A model generated the notes under the pieces. The model searched no databases. It was not told the origin of the DNA and saw only the letters and a program-made list of their open reading frames with translations. A program made the translations under genes and the position numbers. Shown piece by piece: positions 32,211-49,000 of a stretch of DNA of 64,000 bases (positions are counted from its first letter, which is position 1; each line of letters opens with the position of its first letter). Location: NCBI GenBank assembly GCA_001643675.2, contig LSRY02000016.1, positions 682,001 to 746,000 of the forward strand, given 5' to 3'. Source of the DNA: Monocercomonoides exilis PA203. Lineage: Eukaryota; Protista; Preaxostyla.

Positions 32211-32852
32211 TGCTATTTTTTTCACTTTTAAAAACTTCATCGTCAATTTATCCATTTGTTTCAGACATATAAACTATACTCTATAAAACTGAAAACTAAA
32301 AGAACAGAATAATAAAAATAAATGAATATTTTTAGGTTTCATTGATGTCCTTCAAGTTTCATTATGCCGCAAACACTCTGACAACATTCAAAATCTAAAG
32401 TTGTGATATTTTATTAACTATTCAGTTTCCAAAATGTTCATTATATATTCCATCATCAATGAGCTACCTTATTGTCTGCTGTGACAACAGTAAGAAATAC
32501 TATTCATTCTTCAGAAAACATTCACTCACAGATCTCTCATCTAACTGTTAGATATTCATGTTCAAAGAAAAAAATTTGATCGAAACACCCATCTCTTCAA
32601 ATTTAAGAATCAATTTTATTGTTTTTTTGTGTTATCTGTTGTGGAAATGTTCATGGGTGATATAATGGTGTGGGTGCAGATACTTTCATGACTCTTTTGA
32701 GCTTTTTAATTCACAAATACGCTCTTGTGTTTTGGTTTCCATTTGAATGATAAAATAATTTTCAATCATTATTCATTAAATTATCAAATTATTGGAGACT
32801 CTTTGCACGAAAAGCTTTTCAAGTTTGCCAAATTGCTGCATTTGAATTATTG

Positions 32853-34190
32853 ATGATTCGATCATTTGTTTTTGAAGAATTGTTTTCTGAGCTTGAAGAT
32901 TGCAATGAAGACGAACAGAAAGTCAAAATCGAAGAAATGAATGGGCTTATGAATGAGATGGAAGAAGATGAATTTTTTTCTGTTTTCAACAAACAATTGT
33001 TCGATAGAATGAACATTTTAATTGACAAAAAGAAAATTGCAACGAAAGATTCTGTTTTGATGTTGAAACACATTGGATATCGCAAGGAGTTGAAAAGTAT
33101 ATGGATGTGTAACTTTGAAAATTCTTTATTGTGTGAAAGAATTGAGAAAATGATTGTTGATGAAGATATGAAGAAAGAAGAGAATGATGAAAAACTTCAT
33201 ATTGATGCTTGCGAATGCTATCTTTTCCTAAACAACACATTTTCAAATGAACATTTATCGATTTGCATTCCTTGTCTTTTGAAAGTTGCATCAGACAAAG
33301 AGAAAAACAAGGAAGCTCTAAAAGAAGTTGAAATGGCTTTGCTTGCTTTGAGTGGCATCAGCGACAACCATGTTTTGATCTTTTCAATTGTTTTCTTGCT
33401 TGAATAAAATTGAATAAAATTTATACAGATAATATGCCATGAATTATATTTGAATGAAATTGCAGAAATCTTGATATATCATCAGCATCACAGCAATCTT
33501 ACACGACTTGCGTATCAATCCGCTTGGCGGTTTTTGCTCAATAGATTGGTGGATGATGAAAGTTCGGAAGAAATAATTGTGAGCAAACTACATTTCATAG
33601 ATGAGGCAACAAAAGAACTAGAAGAACTTGCAAAGAATGTGAGTGGGAAAAGAAATGAAGAAGAGAGAAGACGACAAGAAATGATAGAATATGATATCAT
33701 TAAGAGATGGATCATTGTTTTTGACCATCTTTTTATGAACTTCAAATCGTGGAACGTGGAATACGCCGGGCTGGTTCGGTGCCTTGCTGGGTTAATCAAG
33801 CCTCTCAGAGACAATAAACAAGAAACATCAAACCTGCTAATTTACCTTTTTTACGTTATTGCACAAGATCAAATTGTCAGCGTCGATGAATTGCAAAAGG
33901 AAGGAGTTATTGATCAAATTTTGGAAGAAATAAATCAGAAAACAATAAATAAAACTGCCGTACGCAATTGTTTGAAGATATTTAGTGAAATTTCAAGAGG
34001 ATTGAAAGGAGAGCTAGATAACGAAACGAAAAAAGCAGAAAGAAATTTCATCAAAATGAAGATTATAGAAAAGATGGAAGAAAAAGGATTTGAAGATATA
34101 ATCATGAGCTTAAATGATATAACACAAAACACTGACGGAAGAAATTTTGAATTACCTTTTAATTACATTGACTATTTCGTTTTCGTTTAA
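32853..34190 (+). CDS. Two-exon alpha-helical (ARM/HEAT-like) protein of an expanded lineage-specific family
   Basis: ORFs 32850-33407 and 33450-34190 are joined in frame by a phase-0 GT-AG intron at 33372-33428. Signature: YHQHHSNLTRLAYQSAWRFL. Confidence 0.8.
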
Positions 34191-35186
34191 AGAACTGAAA
34201 TTCATTCATTTTTAATGAAATGATTTTCTTTTTCTTTTCTTTCTTTTGTCAAATCATTTCGCAATTCGGAGATTGTGGATATCAATAAACCAGGACATTT
34301 TGTTGTTTGGGAAATTGCAAAAAAATATATGAAAGGAAAGAAAAATTGAGAAAGGAAAAAAAACATAAATGGGTGATTATTTTTGGTTTCAAATTATTTT
34401 CATATAAAAATTTCGGTGCAAAAATATTTCTTGAATATCAATATAAAAAATTGAAAAGTGAAAAGGCTTATAAAATAAATTTTTATCTTTGATACTGCAA
34501 AACCATTTGTTTTTTAAAACAATTATGATATTTTTTCTGTTTTGAATAATAATTTTCTTTCAAAAAACAAACTATTTTTGAAAAATCAACACCACGAAAA
34601 AAGATATGATTTCAATAATAATCACCCAAATATATATAAGTGTTCAATTTATACCCATTTTGTTGGAAAAAATACATTACAAACATCAAATAAAAAGTCG
34701 AGAAAAAAAATTCGAATCAAAATGAAACCTTGTCTTCTATTTAATAAAGCAAGAGGCAAACATTTATGAGAATAATAATTATTGTAATCATTCTTCAGTA
34801 TTTGATCATAACAAAATTATGAATTTCAGCGGGGGTTTTTGAAAAAATGAGCTGCAACGGAAAATACAAGCTGTTTATGATATGGGATGAAATTTCAGGT
34901 TTTGTGAAAAAAACAAAGATTTGTTCCAAACTTTTTCTGAAATTATATCATAATAAGTCTAGCTATTTCATGCAAAAAATACCGAAAATCGTTTTAATTA
35001 AGAAAAACAAAAGAAATTATTCTGTGGAACAAAATTCAGAAAGCAAAAAACTTTGTCCCATATTTTTATTAAAGAAACACATTTTTTCATTTATTTTTTT
35101 CAAATGAAAAATTTACTAGAATTTTTATTTGAAGGACGATTTCAAAAAGGACCAGCTACACGACAAGATCGTTTTCTCAATATTCA

Positions 35187-36028
35187 ATTTATTATTCAAA
35201 ATTAATAAACTAATTATTCGAAGTTGTTGAACTAATTATTCAAAATTGTTAAACTTTTTATTCGAAATTTGTAAAACTTCTCATTCAAAATTAATAAAAA
35301 ACAGCATTCAAAAAAAAATTTTTTTTGTGAAAAATTGGTTTTCGGCTGAATGTTAGAAAGCGACTAAAATATTATATCGTTTTATTATTCATTAAAAGGA
35401 TGAGAAACAGAACCTCTGATATTATTATTTGTCGAAAAACATGAAATCTTTGATTTTTCAGAAAAAATCATCTTCATTGATATCGGATAGTTTTCAAATA
35501 AATTCTCCTCACATTGTTAAATATTGAACAATTCAATCATAAAATGCAATTTGAAATTGAAGATTTGAAGAAAAACAATAAATAACAAAAGAGGAATATC
35601 AATAAGGCAATTATGGATAAACGCAATTGTAAATTATTTTTTTTTCTTTGTAAAATTGATACATAAAAATTTTCCTGATAGAATTATTCATAATTTAACA
35701 ATGTGAGGAGAATTTATTTGAAAACTATCCGATATCAATGAAGATGATTTTTTCTGAAAAATCAAAGATTTCATGTTTTTCGACAAATAATAATATCAGA
35801 GGTTCTGTTTCTCATCCTTTTAATGAATAATAAAACGATATAATATTTTAGTCGCTTTCTAACATTCAGCCGAAAACCAATTTTTCACAAAAAAAATTTT
35901 TTTTTGAATGCTGTTTTTTATTAATTTTGAATGAGAAGTTTTACAAATTTCGAATAAAAAGTTTAACAATTTTGAATAATTAGTTCAACAACTTCGAATA
36001 ATTAGTTTATTAATTTTGAATAATAAAT
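35187..36028. repeat. Long inverted repeat (2 x 336 bp, 170-bp spacer), foldback-element-like
   Basis: 35187-35522 is the reverse complement of 35693-36028, with no mismatch seen by eye. The outer ends carry 4-5 tandem 22-bp units (TTATTCRAA...). Confidence 0.9.
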
Positions 36029-36298
36029 GGTAAATCATTGTCAAGCGTTAATATCTTTGCTGATGAATTTTGGTGAGTTGGAATGAAAATCTTAAGAAAA
36101 TATTGAATATGCATATCATTTGAGAATTAAACAAAAAGAATTTTTCAAATAATTTAGACTTATCTTTGTTTATTTATTTGAAATGCGAAAGTTTCATTTT
36201 TACATCGACTGAATGTTACAAAAAAATTATGGATATTTGAAGAAACATAAAATCCTATTTCTCTTTGATAATAAATATTTACACATTTTTTATTTGTA

Positions 36299-37446
36299 TA
36301 GGGTGGTCCTTTATATTTTGCACAAAGAATAAAAAATGGGTCAATAAAAAATGAATTATCAAAAATTTTTTGATATAACAGAGTTTTGCACTCTGATTGG
36401 AATGAATTCCGAAGAAATATATGAAAAACTGCAAATTGCGTATGGTTTAAAACTTCCGGATATAAGAACTATTCGTTCATGGAACATTCGCATTCAAAGG
36501 TGAGAAGAAATTGACAGGAGACATTATTATCGCGGAAAACCAACTAATGAAGTGTTGATAAAGAAGATACAACAAGCAGTGGAAGAAAATCCTCATATTA
36601 GCTCCCGAGCGTTGGCATAACAATTTAGTGTTGCAAAAACAACTGTTTTACGTATTCTTCATGAAAAATTACATCTCCATTCTTACAAAATTAGGTGGGT
36701 GCCGTACTTACTGAATGATGATCAGAAAAAAATCCGCGTTCAAACTGGCTTACAATTACTGGAGAAATTGAGAGATTTACGAAAAAGAAATTTTGAAGGG
36801 CTGATTACAGGTGATGAATCTTTTTTCTTCAGAAGGTATAATTTCGAATGCGAATGGAGAAAAGAAAAATCTGAAGTGTCAACTACAGCAAATTACACTT
36901 ATTCTGATAAGAAATTCATGTTCACAATTTTCATTTCAGTCCATGGGCTGTTTTTTCTTAATATACTACCAGAAAAAACAAAAATGAATTCAGAATATTT
37001 CGTGAATTCGATATTAAAGCCCATTAGCCAGATTCAAATAGACCTTTCTTCCGTTTCTCCTTTGGATTTTTTTATTCATTTCGATAATGCTCGTCCGCAC
37101 ACAGCAGCAATTTCAAAGATCTTTGCGGAGGAGCATCATTTAAATATTCTTCCGCATCCTCCTTATTCTCCTGATGTTGCGCCATGCGATTTTTTCTTCT
37201 TCGGCTACATTAAGCAGGCTCTGAAAGGGAAAAAAATTTCTAATTCTGAAGAATTAGAAATAGAAATAAGAAATATTTTTCTTACAATATCTTCAGACAT
37301 GATTATTCGTGCCTTTGAAAGTTGGATTAAGCGATTGGAGTTTATCACAACTCATAACGGTGAATATTTTTATGATTGAATTTTTATTCACATTAAATTA
37401 TGAAACCATATCAAATTTTTTTAACAAAATATAAAGGACCACCCTA
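36299..37446 (+). mobile_element. Full-length mariner (DD34D) element
   Basis: Perfect 22-bp TIRs TAGGGTGGTCCTTTATATTTTG (36299-36320) and 37425-37446, with TA on both flanks. An internal transposase is present. Confidence 0.95.
36351..37379 (+). pseudogene. mariner transposase with two in-frame stops
   Basis: Single frame from ATG 36351, with TGA at 36501 and TAA at 36618. Motifs WVPYLL, ITGDES, HFDNARPH and YSPDVAPCD, with 34 residues between the second and third catalytic Asp. Confidence 0.9.
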
Positions 37447-37959
37447 TATTATTCAGTGATGTGAAAATGATATTCTCGTATGACAAATGAGTTAGTAAAA
37501 ATAAGATTCATCCAGATGAAAATTATAAGGATTTATTCTTTGAGCAGTTTTTTGAGAAAGTGATCTTGTCATGTGTTTTGCGCGATGTCCGGTTGTTTGA
37601 ACAAAGTCGAAACAAAAAAAAAAGTTACTTTTTTTATTCGATTAGTCAAATTGTTTCACAGCTGTTAATCTGTTTTCAAGGTTTAGAAAAAATTTTGAAA
37701 TGAAAATGAAATCACTTTTATTTTGAAGAATTTTTGAAAAAGTTATTTGATAGGAGTGCTTATGAGAAATACATGGGTTTAATTTTCAATTTTGAAAATA
37801 TTATTTTTTCGTAATTTTAATTTCGAAAAGAGCTTTCAATTTATTGAAGTTAACATATATAAAGAATGCTGATGATAAAAAATAAATGATTAGAACTTTT
37901 CCCCTGCAAATCCCTTTTCTTTTTTTATTTTAGAAAGAATTAAAAGAAAATTGAGAACT

Positions 37960-41996
<4,037 letters not shown>

Positions 41997-43079
41997 GCAT
42001 TTTTGCGAGAAAAGTGCAATATTCAAGAGAAATTTCTAAAGTTTGTGCTAATTTTTGACTTAATCGCCAAATTTTTAATTTATTTAGAAAAATAAATTGT
42101 TAAATAGAAGTATTTCATTTTTGTTGAAGATTCATTCTGATGTTCTGTAGAAATTATGTACAATTATTTACAAATTTTATTGAGAGTTCAGAACTTTATT
42201 TTTTAAGATGGAAAGAACAAAACATTGACTTTTTTGTTATTTCTAGCAACGAGTGTACCATTTAAAAAAATTTGTATTTTTATAAGTTGCAGCAAAAATG
42301 CTTTTAAATCCAAAATTTTTTAAAAGTTTAGAAAATTCGAAGATTAAAAGAATATTTTGTTACAACTGTGAAAATTTTTAAAAAATATAAGTATCAAATA
42401 AAAACGACAAAAAAAAAAAAAATAAAAAATAAGTGTTATGGAATTAAACAAAGAGCAAATAATAATAATAATAATACATACACACATTCATTCGACAATA
42501 ATGTGAAAAATCAAGAATATACTTTTTTGAAGTATTTAAAAAAAGGTCAATTAATTGTAATTTTAGAGAAATGAATAAATACAAAAAATCTTCACATAAT
42601 ATTTTATACTCAACAAAACATAAATACATATATAAATTCAAAAAATACACATACCAATACATAAGGAAAAAAAAAGCTGTTCAAAGATGAAAAGTGAAGC
42701 TTGAAAAGAAGAGACATTACTGAAAATGAATTCTTCAGTGCATTATTCTTTCAGAATTCACATCATTCGAAGAAAGAAATCGAATATTTGGTGTTCAAAA
42801 TACAGAAATTTGAAATATCATATATTCAGTCTGCACGCACATGTCTTGCAAATTAACAGGGAAACTGGCATTGCACCACAAATCTCCCAAAATTTGCAAA
42901 CAACATATTGATAAACAAATAAACAACAAACATAAGCCTACAAAGTTTCAAATTGTCAGAATTTTCAAAAAATGAAAAAAAGTCAGAAATCAAATCGACA
43001 AAAATTCTCTTTCTTATTCGAACAAGCGCATCGAATCAAAAAGGAAGCACAATCAGTTCCATCATCATCATCGTCATCA

Positions 43080-46000
43080 TCAGGACAAAATGTTTTCCAC
43101 ACTTTCGCTTCCATTTCCAATGCAAGACGAGCCACCTTCTTCGTTCCCATTTGAAGCATATTGAAGATCAATTGCATCTGAAACTGTCAGAATTGCTGCT
43201 CCTGGTGGAAAATGCCCAATAAGATAGCGCTTCATATCGGTGAGGCTCGGACGCTGCGATGAATGAGACGAAATCGACGCAGAGATCAATTGGCCGAAGA
43301 AGGGAGATGATGCGTTGATTCCATCAAGATTTGGCGTTTCTCCTCGTTGGATCTTCTGCCCAGCCATCTCTGCCTCATATTCTCCAAATGGAATATTCAG
43401 TGTCAGGCACTCCCACAACATCATCCCAATTGAAAACACAACTGATTCCTTTGTTGCTCCCAGCTTCTTGTTGATCAGAAGCTCGGGCGCCTTCCACCTC
43501 ATGCACTCTTTTTGGAATTCATCTTCATCCTCAAAAGCTGACGAAGGAAGAGAGTCATCATCATCATCATCACTTATAGACGTCGCAACAGTTGATGAAG
43601 AGATGGATGATGAATCAGAATCATCAGACGAAAAGTCAGAGTGCATCACAACGCAGATCACCATATGCTCAGAAAACAGCACAATGTGAGGACTGAGATT
43701 GAGCAAAGATTGAAGAGGGTTTTCCATTTCATCAAAGGAGTGGAGTGCAAGATTAGCCACCCAGAACAGGATTTGAGCAGCTGTTTGCTCCCTCTCCTTC
43801 AATGAACCAATTGCCATCTCTTTTGTCTTGTTCCTTCCATGCAACAGCATGAACAGAGAATCCCTCAAGTCAACGATCAGCTTCTCATGAGGGGATGAGC
43901 AGGCCATTGCATCCACCAGATTCGACATCGACGAAGTGGTTGGGAAAAGATCCTCTCCTCGAACAAATGTTGAATCTGTATCTGTGGTTGAAGTGGACGA
44001 GATGGATGGCGAAGGAGTTCTCTTTCTCACCTCTTCCTCCTCTTCCTTTTCATCAATCTTTTCCAGCATCCGTTCAGGAATCTTGTCTGAATCTCTTCCC
44101 AAAATGTATTCAGTTGAGCCACTCTCAGAAAGAAGATGCTCAGACGAATCCGAATGCCCCAAGGTTTTCTCATACACCCTCTTCTTCGTCCTCTCTTCAT
44201 TCTTCTTCTCTGCCCCTCTCTCTGCTCTTCGCCACTGCTCCTCAGGTGACATTTCCATAGTCACCATCTCAAACGCCTTAGAATCCTTCTTCACTGTATC
44301 GTTCACAATTTCTTCAAGTTCTTCTGTTCGTTTTTTTTGCTTTCTCCATCGAATCGTCACAACAATGGAAATAATAAGAACAGCCAATAACACAACCAAA
44401 ATAATAACAATAACAATCCACAATGAACTTGTTTTTGCTTCTCCTTCAACGATTTTTCCATCTCCTTTTACTTCTGATTCACTTTCATTCTTCAAGGTGA
44501 CTGATTTTGTTGAAGAAGGAGCATCCGCATTTCCAAAAAGAATTTTTATTTCTAACTCTTTTTCTCCACATGCAAAAATGTTTGTAGAACAATGAATTAC
44601 ATGCTTCATTTCATTCTCATTTATGAAATCATCATCATCAAAATAATATCTTTCTGTTTTTGTTTCCTCTTCTTTTCTTGTTATCTCGAATGAGAGGTTG
44701 CATGGGAGGAGCAGTGATCCATTGAACAGCAATTGCACATCATTTTCTGATTTTACTGCCCTAACAGAATTAAGCGATGGAACAAAGAAAGGTGAGTGCA
44801 TTCCAGATCCTATCCCAGACAGATTGCATCCTTCATTCAAAATCCACAATGATTCATTTTCACTTTCTGTTCCATTTCCAATCGAATCAAGAATATTAAG
44901 TCTTGCTCCTCCTGTACATAAAATATTTCGACAAATAGAATTATAATTAGGAATTCCAGGTGAGTTTCCTATAAATTCCCCATCTTCAATTAAAACATCT
45001 CCACTTGATACAGAGAGTGCTCCGACAGGCGAATTTGAAAATCTTGAACGTTTAACTTCTGCCGAACATCTATTGACTTCAACAAGTGAAGAGTTCCAAC
45101 TGCATATCTCAGATTCAACAGATTTTGCTACAACTCTTTTTTGCAAAATAAAATTTTTGTCAACAATCTCACTCAAATACTTATTTAGAAAATGTTCTTT
45201 TCTGCTAAAGTTCGCATTTGAAATGCAGTTTTCACTCTTTCTCCAATTCCCATCAAGCACACACAAATCCAATAATAGATGAAACCTACCAGAAAAGGAG
45301 AACACTTCTCCCCTATTTTTCGAAGAGCAACATCCAATACAGCTGCAATTTAGAATCTTCGTATCTTTTCCTTTTCCATTCATATCAAAAACACTTGATT
45401 CGTTCCCTTCGCTCGAAATATTTGTAAACAAACAATGCTCAACTGTCAGCCAATCCAATCGTTCGCTAACTTCCTCTTGCTCTCTTTCACCAAACGAGAT
45501 AATGCTTCCCCTGTTCATCTTGACGTTATTACAATCAATCCGCTCAAGAGTAATATTTTTGTTTGCTTTTTTTCCTTCAAATGCAAACAATGAATTAAGG
45601 CACAAAACAGATGTGACATAAAGACGACACACTTCAATCAAGTTCCCATCCTTGTCCTCCAAAAAAGAGTAATCAAGAATAACGTCTTTACATGTAAAAT
45701 CTCGAATGCAAACTCGACCAAAACCAGTGCATGATATGCACTTGCTTTTGCATTGTACTTCTTCCAAATCACATGACTCAATAATCCCAGTAGACGATTC
45801 AATCAGGATCAGAGAGAATGGAATTAGTCCATAAGTGGAGGGGTTTATTTTGTTTTCAGTATCATCACTTCTACGAACAGATTTGAATTGACATAGCCGG
45901 AGAGCAGCCTCTCCGTGGTGGAAAAGAAACAAGACGTCATGATCCGAACTAAAAGTTGAATCAAACTCAAACTGTTGCCTTTCAACTTCAACATTTCCTT

Positions 46001-49000
46001 TGCAATCAACCAGCCACTCTCTAGTGCGATTAATGTCGCAATTGATACTAATTATTGATAGCACTTTTGTCATGCTCTTTAAAACTAAATCTTCCAGGTT
46101 GCACTCCTCATCAATCCAACTACTTCCACTTACTACAACTCGACTGTCAAACGATTTTTCCAGATGCGTCAGGCCAGAATTCACGCTCAAACATGGCATC
46201 GTTGAGCTCCCGCACATCTTTGAGTTTGTTCCGCCTGGTGAATCGCCGCTCACAAAAATTAGATCACTGTAAAACCCCAATATTAGATCAATTATGTTCA
46301 CATCATCTTCCCCTTCTTCCATCTGATGATCCTTACCATAAATCGCGTTCTTTGTGTTGTATGTTGCCTCTGCAATTTCAAAGTCAAACAGTTCCTTTCT
46401 GATCTGCGTTTCAAAACTCCAGCATTCCACGAATATATCTCGTCCTCTCTGAGCATCATTTAGGATAAAAATATCATCCAAAAATTTAAATCCAGCTGCA
46501 CCCTCTCCAATATTGTTCACGTACACGCCTCCCCCTTTTCCTCTCAGAGCCTTGCACATCATCATCGTTGTACATTCAATCCTCATGCTCGAACCTTCAC
46601 AGCACTCCACATACAATCCTCCTCCTTTTAATGAACTCTGTGTTTCACATCTCGAAATATTTGAACAGTTCACAAGCAAATTCACTCCAGAAGTTTCTAT
46701 GACTTCATTTATGTTGTTGATATTGTTGAATAAGCAAGGACTCAAATCTTCATCTTCGTTTCTCTCTTCAATTTCTCTAACATCGCATCCTTCAACTTTC
46801 ACCACACTTTCACCATTCTTCACTTTCCTTAAATTTGATGTTTTAAGTGTTAAAACGCTTCCATTTTCCATCGATATCCTTTCCATTGTGCATCCAATCA
46901 TTTCAACTGTTGCTCCTTCCTCAAAAGCTACTAGCCCTGTACAGCATGCATTTATCCAAACAATATTCAAATTGCTTATCTCAATCTTTCCCTTTTCATT
47001 GACTTCAAACAAACCTTTTGAACGATCAAATACAATCCCTCCAATCCACCCTGATTCCAATACAAGTTCCCCACATAAAACACTTGCCAACCATTGATTC
47101 CAATATTTTTGTTCAGCTCCCAACTTTCTTCCAAATATGCAACTCCTTGCTCTCACATTTCCCTTTTCAATAGTTATTAGGCTTTGTTTGCATTCTGGTT
47201 CATCGCACCCGCAAAATTCCACACTTTCAACATTAAGTTTTCCGCTTTCGTTCTCTTCTCCAATCTTTAGCTGTCCATGTTTTGATACCACAATTCTCGA
47301 TCCTTTCTCTTCTTTTCCTAACAATTCCACAGTTTTTCCAATTACCGCAACTGTGTTTGAAAGTGCAGATTCTGCTTCAATTACCATCCTTTCCATACCC
47401 ACTCCCATCTGTTTATATCCGCATTCAATACTCAAACACTGAACAGCTTCCCATCCGCAGCACTCAAAATCGATCCCAGTTCCGCCAACATACACACTCC
47501 CTTCCGTGGGCTTTTCCAGATAATAAACCAAGCTAACCTCTCTACTCCGAGCAATTGTAATATCTACCATCCACATCCTTTCCTTTTTCTCAATGCTTCG
47601 CGGTGTTCCTTCCCACAATTCCCGCTTCACAATCTTTTCAGGCTCTGGGCACGTAAGACAAATATCTGCTCCCCGTGAAGCAGTATTCATTTGAAATATT
47701 ATTTCTTTCATCGTCAACTCAGCCACGTTTGATTCAATTGTCAAATCCATTCCTCCTCCACTTCCATCTTCCTCTGATACGAAGCTCTTGCACACACTGC
47801 AGTTCTGCCAGAATACGCGAACTCCTCCGGCAAAATGCCCATTCACTGCTCCTCCTCTGCTTCCTGCTCCTATGCACCCGCAGTTTTCAAATGAGCAATT
47901 TTTCACTTCTATCCCTTTGCCTTCTCCAATTTCCAATTCAATTGCCCCACCGTTCTGGTTCTCCCTCAAAATGTTTGCAAAAGAGCAATTTTCAAAGGAA
48001 ATAGTGCACTGATTGTCAAATGCCATTAGTAAGTAAAAATGAGGATTTGGCGATGAAAATAAAGAATTTGCCAAAGAAAATTGATTAGCGTTTGTTACAG
48101 AAACAATTCCATTTGTGGAAGTAGTAGAAATGTTATCCAAGTTTATTTCTGAGATATTTACTGTTAACATCGAAGCGACAAAAGCAGGGCAATTTTCAAA
48201 AGCCAGGCTTGACATTGAAACCGTTTTCATAATAAGATTACCTCCTGTTGCAGACAGAAGCGAATAAGGAAGAACGTGAGATACTGCTTCTTGTGCAGAG
48301 AGAAGAAATGTACATTTACTGAGAGAAAGAGTGGAGGGATTGGACAAATCAAAAGAGGAGCGGATTAATGAAGATCGATGATTGAGAGAAGATGGAAGAA
48401 CAAAAGAGATTCCACACATCGAAGTTGAAATAGAAGCAAGCAGTAGTTCATCAGACTGCTTTTGTGAAATTCCATTCGCGCTTATTGAAACTGGCAAATT
48501 CTCATCTCCAATCATATATTCGTAACCTTTTAGTTGCGTTTCATGATCAATAATAAATCCAGATCCCAATACTATTATCCTCTTCTGATCATGAAAGCGC
48601 AATGCAGCTGCTTCAATTGTTTTGCAAGGACAATCAATATAGCCGCAACCACTGAAATCTGTTCCTTCGCTCCCATTCACATGCGCTGAACCGCTCCATT
48701 GGCGAAGGAAATACACAAGAGAAAATATGATATCTGAGCCTGCTGATCTTTCCATCCCGCTCAACGCTGACAGGTTGTTCATGTCAAGAGAAAAATTAAA
48801 AGTATCATTGCTCACAATTTCATTCAAAACATTTCCATTAATGAATATGTCCGAACCCGCCTCTGCATAGCACTCTTCAAATGAAACATTTGTCAATGAA
48901 ATTAAGTGAGATGAATCAGAGAAATAAACATAAACACCTCCTCCATATCCACTTTCTCTACTTTGTCCATTCTGTGCTTTACAAGCTCTGCATTTTGAAA

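Noticed and set aside
35192-35300. CRISPR-like array
   Set aside because: The 22-bp units are contiguous and degenerate, with no spacers and no cas genes, in a eukaryotic context.
36351-37379. Stop-codon reassignment (TAA/TAG=Gln, as in some oxymonads) rescuing the transposases
   Set aside because: Host ORFs of thousands of codons contain no TAA or TAG, several genes end in TAA, and the mariner also has a TGA.
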